DNA of 32,000 nt from Zestosphaera tikiterensis (GCA_003056265.1 NBVN01000001.1:30001-62000); one strand, 5' to 3'; counted from the stretch's first letter, positions 18,354 through 27,333 are shown. Numbers and translations are program-made. Notes: a model not told the origin generated them from the letters alone.

Positions 18354-19147
18354 TTGCTAGAAGATGAATACCTGCTCAACTCGTTTAAGGACATGCTTGT
18401 TAAGAATGATTTGCTTAAGCAAACAGTAACTTGCAGGGCAAGACACGGCAAAGAGCTTAGCTTACCATCAGATGAATATGCGTTAATCAGAGGTCCTGAA
18501 ATACTTATAGAATGCGATATAGCTGGGTTTAAAGGCCATGCGTTCAGTCCATGCCCTACAAGCTATGAAGGGTTTTTAGGCGATCTTAATAATGTCAAGT
18601 TAGATAACATTTGCTTAAGGGGGTTTTCTTCGCTGTTCTTAATGCTCTGTTAACCATGCTAGGAATCATCGACGGTGGTATCCACTGCTCAGGCAACGAA
18701 CCTGAAGCATGCGGTGAGGAATTAGCTACTTACATTGTAAGGAACTTCGGTAGTGATGTGAGAATGCTTCATATAGGTTACCACCCAGGCCATATTAAGG
18801 CATTAGTAAAGAGGTTTCAAAGGCTTTACGTTACTGACTTGAATAAAGACACCGTAGGTAAGGTTAAGCACGGACTTAAGATTATTGACGGATCCAAGAA
18901 CAGCGAGTTAATTGGCGATGTTGATATTGTATTAATAACAGGTAGTGCCATAGTCAACAAAACCATCTACGACATCGTTAAGGAGGTTTACAAACATGGT
19001 AAGGTTGGGATAATATACGGCGTTTCAGCTAAGGGTGCTTACGCACTCCTTAAAAAGAAGTTCAAGGAGTTCGCTAGCATCAAGTACTTCTGCCCTTATT
19101 CAGTAGCTAAGCATCACTCCGAAGACAGACCTCCTCCCCGCCCTTGA
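18354..19147 (+). pseudogene. DUF4213/DUF364 (putative heavy-metal chelation, Rossmann-like) protein, split by a -1 frame change near 18608-18620
   Basis: The C-terminal part carries a DUF364-like pattern (IGYHPGHIKAL..., VDIVLITGSAIVNKTIYDIV, IIYGVS). The N-terminal 99-aa ORF lies in another frame and ends within the overlap, and the junction sits next to aagggggtttt. This could be a true frameshift, a sequencing error or two separately translated domains. Confidence 0.6.
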
Positions 19148-19195
19148 GGGCGAGGCTTTCGGTTGTAAAAGGCTATTATTGTTTTTAACTGAAGG

Positions 19196-19687
19196 TTAGC
19201 CACATTCCTCAGTTAATTTAATAATTAAATGAGCTAGTTCTTCAGACGTCTTAAGGACCTCAGGTGTGATTTCCTCGCCTACGTCTAGGTTTTTAGCTGC
19301 TATTCCTAAAATTAGGATTTCATTTAATAAACCCTCACTTCTTAAGATGTTGATTACGTGACTCAACGGTATTGAATGTGTTGTAGCTAGTTTAAAATCT
19401 TTGATGTCTTCTAAGCCTACGAAAGCGTAATGTAGTTCTTCGGAGGTGAATATTGCGGCGTCAACTATTAAGGCTTTACTTACTTTATTTTCAATTAACT
19501 CGTTAAGACAGTTTTCTAAGCCGAACTCGCATTTAATTAGTCTACTACGTTCAAACCCTAGAGAAGCTAGGAAATCGCAAAACAGCAGTCCAACCTTATC
19601 ATCGCTTCTGAGTTCCGTACCTAAGCAAACGATTTTAGCGCTTTGATCGCATATAAGCTTATGAAGCGTTTCAGCAACAGCAACCAT
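19196..19687 (-). CDS. hycI: hydrogenase maturation endopeptidase (HycI/HyaD family)
   Basis: 163 aa. KIVCLGTELRSDDKVG and LIVDAA motifs are typical of Ni-dependent C-terminal processing proteases. Confidence 0.8.
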   Translation of the reverse strand: MVAVAETLHKLICDQSAKIVCLGTELRSDDKVGLLFCDFLASLGFERSRLIKCEFGLENCLNELIENKVSKALIVDAAIFTSEELHYAFVGLEDIKDFKLATTHSIPLSHVINILRSEGLLNEILILGIAAKNLDVGEEITPEVLKTSEELAHLIIKLTEECG

Positions 19688-19705
19688 GTTATATACTCAC
19701 CCTAC

Positions 19706-20461
19706 TTACGTTAGAATTTCAGGTATCTTCGTAGCTATGTCACGCATTGATGTAAAGAATCGAGTTTGTTGAAACTCAGGGAGTTTTAAACTAGCGTTTA
19801 ATGTTTGGTCGTAGGGGACGTTGCTTAAGTACCTCACCTCATATTTTTCGCAGATTTCTTTAACGTCGTTGCTTGGCTTAGACGACATGTTCTCAATAAC
19901 GCCGACAGGCCTTACGTTTAACTCTTTAAGAATCGTTAATATAGTTTTCAAAGCGTTGATTGAGAATTGCGAGGCGGTTGTGATTATCAACGGTTTAGGA
20001 TTCTTAACGAGGGTTAAGATCTCGAGGACGGGGTCTGTAAGGCCTGGCGGCGTATCTATAACTAAATATTCCAGCGTGTCCCAAAGGGTTATAGCTAAAA
20101 CCTCCCTTATTACGTTAGTTGCTTCCCAACCTCTTAAAGGTAGGGGATTGCCTCTGGAGTAGAATGCAACGCTCATCAACTTAACTCCGAAGTATTCAGG
20201 GGGTTTAACGCCTCTATCCTCTTCAGGCATCTCACGTAACTCGACGTCGAAGAGGATATGTTGTGAAGGGTTTGTTAAGTCAAGATCTAAAACACCTACT
20301 TTAAACCCTAACTCACTTAACGTGAGGGCTAACGCAGCGGACACGACGGTTTTCCCAACACCTCCTTTAGGGCTTAAGACAGGTATTACATAACCTACGT
20401 TTTTAAGCCTCTCAGGTATTACGTAAAGTCTTGGGTCGTTGCTGAAGTAGCCGTAACTCAA
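19706..20461 (-). CDS. Mrp/MinD (NBP35/ApbC)-family P-loop ATPase, probable HypB-type nickel-insertion partner of HypA
   Basis: Deviant Walker A SPKGGVGKT. The TTG start overlaps the hypA TGA (TTGA). The role is inferred from the reported Mrp/MinD-type HypB of Thermococcales. Confidence 0.75.
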   Translation of the reverse strand: MSYGYFSNDPRLYVIPERLKNVGYVIPVLSPKGGVGKTVVSAALALTLSELGFKVGVLDLDLTNPSQHILFDVELREMPEEDRGVKPPEYFGVKLMSVAFYSRGNPLPLRGWEATNVIREVLAITLWDTLEYLVIDTPPGLTDPVLEILTLVKNPKPLIITTASQFSINALKTILTILKELNVRPVGVIENMSSKPSNDVKEICEKYEVRYLSNVPYDQTLNASLKLPEFQQTRFFTSMRDIATKIPEILT

Positions 20462-20862
20462 TCTAAAAACACCTCAACGAAGTCTATCCCTCTGCCTGCG
20501 ATAACCTCAAAATCTCGCGAGCCGCAGCTAGGGCATGTTAGGTATGAGTGAACGACTTCAGGGACGAAGTGAATCGCTTCCCTAACCTCCTCCTCAACCT
20601 TCGTATCTCTTAAAGTCCATTCAAAACCGCATCTCCTACACTTAAATCGCGCCGGCAACTCAACAATCTCTAAGTTGCTTAAGGTAACGCCGTTCATGTG
20701 GAGTATCTCCTTCAACGCAAACGTAAAGATCTCCTTATCAACCGCTTGCAACTCGCCGAACCCTATCTTAAGCCTCACCGATTTCTCAGGTAATCCACCA
20801 CCAGCAAACTTACTTAACACGTAATTGCTTACGGCTTCAGCTAAAGCCCATTCATGAACCAT
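20458..20862 (-). CDS. hypA: hydrogenase nickel-incorporation protein HypA
   Basis: N-terminal MVHEWALA (MHE motif) and a CRRC....CPSC zinc site. 134 aa. Confidence 0.88.
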   Translation of the reverse strand: MVHEWALAEAVSNYVLSKFAGGGLPEKSVRLKIGFGELQAVDKEIFTFALKEILHMNGVTLSNLEIVELPARFKCRRCGFEWTLRDTKVEEEVREAIHFVPEVVHSYLTCPSCGSRDFEVIAGRGIDFVEVFLD

Positions 20863-20949
20863 CTAAACCCTCTCCACACATCACTTGCTTTAAAATTTAA
20901 AGGGTTTTCAACCAGTTAATGGTTTGGCCGTGGTCTACTTAGTTAGACG

Positions 20950-22248
20950 TTAAACCACTTTAATTATTAACTTGTTCTTCAACATCTTATACAGCAGTAT
21001 TGAAGCTACTGTCCTTCCATACATGTCAGTTATTTGAGTGAACCACACCCCTAAGACACCATAGTATGGTTGTAGGAGCTGTGCTAGAGTAGCTCTTAAA
21101 AGAATAACTGTTGCCGAGCTTATCGCTAGCGGGGCCCAAGTGCTTCCCATACCTCTGAAAGCTCCGTAGAAGGCTTGAGCAACGCCTAAACCTAACTCAG
21201 ATATCGCCGCTAGTATTAAGTAAGCAGTTACTAACTTAGCTATTTCAGGGTTTTGCGTGAAGAACCTACCTACGAAAGGCGATATAGCGATTAAAAGTAA
21301 TGTAGCGCCGCCCATCCAACTAACGCTTACTTTAATACCCTCCTTAAGTAAGTTGCTTAACTCCATCACGTTATTGGCCCCGACTCTATGACCGGTTTTA
21401 GCTGAGGTAGCTATGCTTACCGCAAATATAGGATTTATAACTAAAGACTCAACAGTTATCCCTATGTTATGCGCTGCTAATGCGAGACTGCCTGACTTAG
21501 CTACGGCGTTTATATATATGTTCTGACCTACGCTGGCTACAACCCTCTCTAAAGCTGCTGGAGCCCCTACAGCTAATACACGAACGATTAAATTCGAAGG
21601 GATTGAGAAGCCGATCCTGAAAGGTAGTTTAAAGAATAAGTATGTAGGTAACCCAACGTATTGAGATATTGCGGAAGCCATACCCGCTCCAATAACGCCT
21701 AAAGCGGGTGAGCCGAAAAACCCTAAAGCCATAGACGGTATGAGTATACAGCCTGAAGCGCTTATCGCTATCGACGCATAAGCAGAGGGCCAAGGCTTAT
21801 CAACAGCTCTATAAGCAGTTGCTAAAACTTGGTTAAGCATTAGGGCGGGAACCGAAAGTATTCTATAGCTTAAATACGCCGTAGCCAACTCAGCTATTTG
21901 AGGGTTGCTTCCCGACATGACGTTAATGTATGGAGGCAACCATATAAAGGAAGTTACGTAGAGAATCAACGAAGTAATTAGCGATAGGGTTAACGACTCA
22001 TTAACGGCTTTACGCAACGCGTCTATCTTACCGGCGCCGTAGGCTTGCGAAGCAACTATGAGTAAGCCTATGTTAAATATGGAAGCCAGTGAATTCACTA
22101 TGAAGAAGAAATAGGAGGCTAAGCCTGTAGCAGCTACTGCCTCGTCGGAAAGCCTTGAAACGCTTATTAAACTTACTAAACTTAGAACAGAATCTGAAAC
22201 CATCCCGATGAGTATGGGTAAGGCAAGCCTCCTTACCTCGCCGCTCAT
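20950..22248 (-). CDS. MATE-family efflux transporter
   Basis: 432 aa with 12 TM segments. The internal repeat organisation and NorM-like sequence pattern fit the family. Confidence 0.75.
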   Translation of the reverse strand: MSGEVRRLALPILIGMVSDSVLSLVSLISVSRLSDEAVAATGLASYFFFIVNSLASIFNIGLLIVASQAYGAGKIDALRKAVNESLTLSLITSLILYVTSFIWLPPYINVMSGSNPQIAELATAYLSYRILSVPALMLNQVLATAYRAVDKPWPSAYASIAISASGCILIPSMALGFFGSPALGVIGAGMASAISQYVGLPTYLFFKLPFRIGFSIPSNLIVRVLAVGAPAALERVVASVGQNIYINAVAKSGSLALAAHNIGITVESLVINPIFAVSIATSAKTGHRVGANNVMELSNLLKEGIKVSVSWMGGATLLLIAISPFVGRFFTQNPEIAKLVTAYLILAAISELGLGVAQAFYGAFRGMGSTWAPLAISSATVILLRATLAQLLQPYYGVLGVWFTQITDMYGRTVASILLYKMLKNKLIIKVV

Positions 22249-22275
22249 GGCCGATCACTGTGAAGCTTTAAATGA

Positions 22276-23430
22276 TTATATCCCTTCAACGGATAGCGGT
22301 AGGTTTTCAGCCCATATCCTACAAGTTCCTTCCGAGCTAACCATGCAGGGGCCGTAGGGATTCTCAGGAGTGCAGACTTTCATGAATAACGGGCATTCCG
22401 TAGGTTTACGCAACCCTAGAACCACCTCCCCACATCTACACCCTGGAATTATATCTGAATGTGTTTTAGGCTCTTTTATCCCGTACCTTACTTCAGCGTC
22501 GTTTCTTTCGTACGTAGCCTTCAACTTAGCTCCACTACCCTCAACTACCCCAATACCCCTCCAGTAAGAGTCCACATAAGTGAAAACTTCATTAATCGTT
22601 TTCTTAGCCGTCAAATTCCCTTCAGGTTTAACGACCCTCCTATATTCATTCAGTAACTCCGCACGACCTTCCTTAATCGATTTAAGAATAAGTAAAACAG
22701 CTAGTAAAACGTCAAGAGGCTCAAACCCTGTCACGACTGTCGTTACTCCATAGTCTTTAGGGATGAACTCCCAAGCGTTAGAACCTAATATTGCCGAAAC
22801 ATGGCCTGGAGCCAACACCCCATCAAGCTCAACTCCTTTAACGTTACTCATTAAGTACTTCATTATCGGTGGTGTTAACCTATGAGCGCTTAACACGTAG
22901 AGGTTGTGTGGGACTGCCCTATAATACAGCGTTGTAGACACGGCAGGCATGGTTGTTTCAAAACCTACGGAGAAGAAGACATGTTCTTCATTCGGTCTTT
23001 CCTTAGCTACCTTAACAGCATCTAAAAAACTGTAAACAACCGTTACTTTACCACCTAATGCTTTAGCCTCAGCCAAGCTTTTAGGGTTGGAACCCCTGAC
23101 AGAAGGGAGTTTAAACGCGTCGCCGTAAGTTATGACGTTAACGCCCTCTAACGAAAGCTTAATGAGAGCTTCTACGTAATACCCAGGAGTAACGCATACG
23201 GGACATCCCGGACCGGCAATTAACTCTATGTTGTTAGGCATTAAAGAACGTAGACCGTAGTACGTTATAGTCCATTCATGCGTTCCGCAGAAGTCCATAA
23301 TCTTAACGTGTTTTTTAATTATTGACGCGTAATCACGTATGATCTTAACGATTTCACTAGCTTTAGGATTCCTTTCATAAAGCTCCTTAATCCTTAACCT
23401 CAAGTCACTCAACGAACACTCCCTCATCAA
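22276..23430 (-). CDS. hypD: hydrogenase maturation protein HypD
   Basis: Contains CGTHEW, GPGCPVCVTP, FETT and PGCRCGEVL motifs. Confidence 0.92.
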   Translation of the reverse strand: MMRECSLSDLRLRIKELYERNPKASEIVKIIRDYASIIKKHVKIMDFCGTHEWTITYYGLRSLMPNNIELIAGPGCPVCVTPGYYVEALIKLSLEGVNVITYGDAFKLPSVRGSNPKSLAEAKALGGKVTVVYSFLDAVKVAKERPNEEHVFFSVGFETTMPAVSTTLYYRAVPHNLYVLSAHRLTPPIMKYLMSNVKGVELDGVLAPGHVSAILGSNAWEFIPKDYGVTTVVTGFEPLDVLLAVLLILKSIKEGRAELLNEYRRVVKPEGNLTAKKTINEVFTYVDSYWRGIGVVEGSGAKLKATYERNDAEVRYGIKEPKTHSDIIPGCRCGEVVLGLRKPTECPLFMKVCTPENPYGPCMVSSEGTCRIWAENLPLSVEGI

Positions 23431-23436
23431 CCAATG

Positions 23437-23453
23437 CTATGTTTCAAACATAG
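23437..23453. promoter_or_regulatory. perfect 8-1-8 palindrome in the divergent hypD/hypE promoter region
   Basis: ctatgttt-c-aaacatag sits in the 58-nt spacer, immediately next to the A/T-rich TATA-like gtaaaaatatt. Confidence 0.45.
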
Positions 23454-23488
23454 TAAAAATATTCATTAACGTTGTTTAAAATATAACG

Positions 23489-24544
23489 TTGGTGGCGAGG
23501 CTGACCGAGTCTAAAGTATCTCTAACTCACGGATCCGGCTCTTCAGAAGCTTGGAGATTCATTAAAGAATTGATTGTAGATAGGGTCCCCGAGAATTTAA
23601 GGAGGGTTGAGGGAGGTTACGGACTTGAAGTTATGGATGACGGAGCTGTATTGAAGTTAAATGACGGCAGCTACTTAGTAGTTACAACCGATTCCTTCAC
23701 CGTCAACCCTCTAAAATTCCCTGGAGGCGATATCGGATCATTAGCGGTTCACGGAGTTATAAACGATTTAGTGGTTATGGGTGCTAAGCCCATAGCTTTT
23801 ATGGATACGTTAGTCGTTGAAGAGGGTTTCCCAGAGAGTGAGTTGAGGGAGGTTGTAGACTCTATGATTAACTCCTTAGTTAGTGAGGGCATTGCTTTAA
23901 TAGGTGGGGACTTTAAAGTAATGCCTAGAGGGTCTATCGATAAACTCGTAATTACTGGTGTGGGGATAGGGGTGTCTCGAAGACCTATTGTTGATGTGGA
24001 GCTTAAACCAGGGGATAAAATCATCGTTACCGGCTATATAGCTGAGCATGGAGCCACCATACTAGCGGCTCAACTAGGTCTTCTAGATAAGGTAACAAAC
24101 TTAAGAAGCGATACTAAACCATTGACTAAAACCGTGTTTAAAGTTATTGAGACCTTCGAAGGTAGAGTTCACGCCGCTAGAGACCCCACGAGAGGGGGGT
24201 TAGCAGCTACTCTCAACGAGTGGGCTTCAAGCACGTCGTTAACGATTAAAGTATATAGGGATAAAATCCCATTGAGGGAAGAGGTTAAGGCATTTCTTGA
24301 AGCCTTAGGTGTGGATCCACTCTCCCTAGCTTCAGAGGGTATTGCCGTATTAGCTGTAGATCCTGAAGTTCATGAGGAAGTCCTTAAGGAGTTAAGGAGG
24401 GTTGGTGAGGTAAACGCTGAAGTCATCGGTGAGGTCATCACCCCACCGAATAAGATGTTAGTGGGTAAGGTAGTTGGGGTAACTGAAGTTGGGGGTAAGG
24501 TATTAATAGAGTCGAAATCTATTAACCTACCGAGGATATGTTAA
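23489..24544 (+). CDS. hypE: hydrogenase maturation protein HypE
   Basis: PurM-like fold with a C-terminal PRIC motif. 351 aa, TTG start. Confidence 0.92.
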   Translation: MVARLTESKVSLTHGSGSSEAWRFIKELIVDRVPENLRRVEGGYGLEVMDDGAVLKLNDGSYLVVTTDSFTVNPLKFPGGDIGSLAVHGVINDLVVMGAKPIAFMDTLVVEEGFPESELREVVDSMINSLVSEGIALIGGDFKVMPRGSIDKLVITGVGIGVSRRPIVDVELKPGDKIIVTGYIAEHGATILAAQLGLLDKVTNLRSDTKPLTKTVFKVIETFEGRVHAARDPTRGGLAATLNEWASSTSLTIKVYRDKIPLREEVKAFLEALGVDPLSLASEGIAVLAVDPEVHEEVLKELRRVGEVNAEVIGEVITPPNKMLVGKVVGVTEVGGKVLIESKSINLPRIC

Positions 24545-24555
24545 GGGGGTTGAAG

Positions 24556-24801
24556 ATGTGTTTAGGGGTTCCAGCTAAGGTGTTAAGGGTTTGGAGCGTT
24601 GGTGAATTAAGATACGCTGAAGTTGATTTAGGCGGTTTAAGTAAGGAGGTAATCCTAGCTCTAGACGAGCCCGTCAACGAAGGAGATTACGTAATAGTAC
24701 ACGCTGGTATGGGAATCTCAAAAATAAAGGAGGAGGAAGTTGAAGAGACGCTGAAGATTTGGGAAGATCTTTACAATCAAGGACTTCACATTGAACAGTG
24801 A
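24556..24801 (+). CDS. hypC: hydrogenase assembly chaperone HypC
   Basis: The canonical N-terminus MCLGVPAKV starts at ATG 24556, preceded by aagggggt. The ORF track opens at 24538. Confidence 0.88.
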   Translation: MCLGVPAKVLRVWSVGELRYAEVDLGGLSKEVILALDEPVNEGDYVIVHAGMGISKIKEEEVEETLKIWEDLYNQGLHIEQ

Positions 24802-24974
24802 GGACGGAGGTCTATTAACTCCCTTTACGTTCTATATTTAGTGTTTTATCTGTTTGAGTTACTTGATTAGTTAGTTAAGACGTAGATCGTTGGAAGCGTA
24901 TGTGTCAATGGTGGTTAACGTATGTCAATCCTTATATTTTAATACACTTACTTAATTGGTGTGAGGTTGTGTTC

Positions 24975-26705
24975 ATGAAAAGAACGCATTGGTGTGGTGA
25001 ACTAAGGAGAGAGCACGTGGGTTTAGAGGTCGTAGTTAATGGTTGGGTTCATGCGTTAAGAAAGGTTGGGAGGATTGTTTTCCTCGTCGTTAGGGATAGG
25101 TCTGGGTTAGTTCAAGCTGTTGTAACTCCTAAGAACCCTAACTATAGCTTAGTTAGTGAGTTGAGTTTAGAGTCTGTAGTCGCGATTAAAGGTGTTGTTA
25201 GGTTAAGACCTCCAAACCAAGTGAATCCTGAGATGCCTACTGGAGAGATAGAGATAGATGTTAAGGAGGTTCAAGTGCTTAATCCAGCTAAGCCTTTACC
25301 CCTACCGATATTCGATAAGGAGTTGATGAAGACTACTTCCGAGACTTTCAGGCTTAAGTATAGGTATTTAGACTTAAGAAGGTTTGAAATGCTTAGAAAC
25401 TTAACGGTTAGAGCTAAGTTCATCACCGCTTTAAGGGAGTTCTTCAACGCAAACGGCTTCATAGAGGTTGAGACACCGTATCTAGCTAGGAGTACCCCTG
25501 AAGGAGCGCGTGATTTCCTTGTCCCGAGTAGGCTCTACCCAGGTAAGTTTTACTCATTAACTCAATCTCCTCAACTCTTTAAACAGCTCTTGATGATCGC
25601 TGGCTTCGAGAGATATTATCAAGTGGCTAGGTGTTTTAGAGATGAAGACCCTAGAGCAGATAGGCAGCCTGAATTCACGCAGTTCGATGTTGAGATGTCG
25701 TTCGTAACTGCTGAGGACGTTATGAACATAGTTGAAGAGGCTATGAGATACGCTTTTAAGAAGGTTTTCAACGTCGATTTAGAGAATCCCTTTCCAAAAA
25801 TAAAGTATAGGGAGGCTATGGATAAATACGGGATAGACAAGCCGGACCTTAGGTTTGAGTTATTTCTTGAAACCGTTACTGAGCATGTACGTGGTTTAAT
25901 CCCCTTGAGAGAGGGGGACGTAGCTAGAGCTTTAAGATTTAACTTTAGTGAAGAACTTACTAAGAACGTTGAGGGGTTAATTAAAGAGATCATACCGTCC
26001 GACGGTAAGGTTAAGTACGTCTATGTTTTACGTGGGTCTAACGACGTAGTAACTAATGAAGTTGGGTTAGCCGGCGATTTAATTAAAGTCTTTAACTTAG
26101 GGATCGGCGAAGGTTTGGTAGTGACCTCCGGTGAATATATTAAGGCGTCGGAAGCTATAGGTAATCTCAGGAATTCCTTAGGTAAGTTGTTAGGGTTAGC
26201 GGATAAAAACACGTATAAGTTTGCTTGGGTGGTGGATTTCCCGCTTTTCGAGCTTGACGAGGAGGGAAGGCTTACTTCCATGCATCACCCGTTTACCTCA
26301 CCTAAGCTTGAAGAGATACCTAAGCTGGATACCAACCCCTTGGAAGTTACTGCGCAAGCTTATGACTTAATCCTTAACGGCTATGAAGTAGGTGGGGGTA
26401 GTATTAGAATTAACAAGAGGGAACTTCAGGAGAAGATCTTAGCTATATTAGGCTTAAGCAAGGATGAAATGCTTGATAGATATGGCTTCCTACTGGAGGC
26501 TTTAGAGTATGGAGCTCCACCACACGGTGGTATAGCCTTAGGTTTGGATAGGCTTGTAGCTATAGCTTTAGGCTACGACAACATAAGGGAAGTTATAGCC
26601 TTCCCGAAAACTAAAGAGATGACTGACCCCATGACTGGAGCACCGTCTAAACCGCCGGAGGAATACCTAAGGGAGATTAAGTGGATTAAGGTACTAACCG
26701 ATTAA
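24975..26705 (+). CDS. aspS: aspartyl-tRNA synthetase, bacterial type (with GAD insertion domain)
   Basis: 576 aa from ATG 24975, with GAGGT 8 nt upstream. Bacterial-type signatures are present: RLKYRYLDLRR, QSPQLFKQLLM..GFERYYQVARCFRDEDPRADRQPEFTQ, a roughly 130-aa insertion, then WVVDFPLFE, HHPFTSP and GLDRL....NIREVIAFPKT. Confidence 0.92.
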   Translation: MKRTHWCGELRREHVGLEVVVNGWVHALRKVGRIVFLVVRDRSGLVQAVVTPKNPNYSLVSELSLESVVAIKGVVRLRPPNQVNPEMPTGEIEIDVKEVQVLNPAKPLPLPIFDKELMKTTSETFRLKYRYLDLRRFEMLRNLTVRAKFITALREFFNANGFIEVETPYLARSTPEGARDFLVPSRLYPGKFYSLTQSPQLFKQLLMIAGFERYYQVARCFRDEDPRADRQPEFTQFDVEMSFVTAEDVMNIVEEAMRYAFKKVFNVDLENPFPKIKYREAMDKYGIDKPDLRFELFLETVTEHVRGLIPLREGDVARALRFNFSEELTKNVEGLIKEIIPSDGKVKYVYVLRGSNDVVTNEVGLAGDLIKVFNLGIGEGLVVTSGEYIKASEAIGNLRNSLGKLLGLADKNTYKFAWVVDFPLFELDEEGRLTSMHHPFTSPKLEEIPKLDTNPLEVTAQAYDLILNGYEVGGGSIRINKRELQEKILAILGLSKDEMLDRYGFLLEALEYGAPPHGGIALGLDRLVAIALGYDNIREVIAFPKTKEMTDPMTGAPSKPPEEYLREIKWIKVLTD

Positions 26706-26962
26706 AACATTATCTTATAAGAAACCGTTACTACGGTACCATTTAATCGTTCGTAAAGACCTCTCCTTAAATCGTATTTAGGCATATAACCCAACTCCCT
26801 CTTAGCTTTCTCTACGCTATACGCTCTATCACTGATTACGGCGTCAACCACTTTAACTCCATACATGAAGTTCTCACCACCTCTAAGTCTATCGTAGACC
26901 TCAAGCAAAGAGAGTTGACCTCCTCCGTCCTGAGGAGTGGGGGTTATAGGATATCTAATCAA
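26702..26962 (-). pseudogene. C-terminal fragment of an NAD-dependent epimerase/dehydratase
   Basis: An 86-aa ORF retains only the family's C-terminal ...SVEKAKRELGYMPKYDLRRGL motif. No Rossmann N-terminal part is found upstream in any frame. Confidence 0.45.
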
Positions 26963-27255
26963 TCATCGACCTCTGAAGGCCTCAAAACTTCGTGTGGGAG
27001 GCATAGCGTTGATTATGTATATATTATAAGTTTTTCGCTTGGGGCAGAAACGTTAATCTGTAGTTTTCTGTGTTAGGCTATGTCTTTCCATGCCTTAGAT
27101 AGAGCTTATAAGTGTTTTTCACCACGCAATAGTATGTAGTCGACCGTGTCGAATACAAAACATGAAGACACAATCAGAGTGAACGGCTTATCCCCATACT
27201 AAACATCGTCACCATAAAACATTAAAGCAGAAACACTAAATGTAATACGGTTTGA

Positions 27256-27333
27256 GGGCCCGTAGCCTAGCCTGGATAGGGTGCCGGCCTCCGGAGCCGG
27301 AGATCCCGGGTTCAAATCCCGGCGGGCCCGCCA
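27256..27333 (+). tRNA. tRNA-Arg (anticodon CCG), CCA encoded
   Basis: Hand-folded cloverleaf: acceptor GGGCCCG/CGGGCCC, anticodon stem CCGGC/GCCGG, loop CTCCGGA (anticodon at 27291-27293), T arm CCGGG-TTCAAAT-CCCGG, discriminator G, then CCA. Confidence 0.9.
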
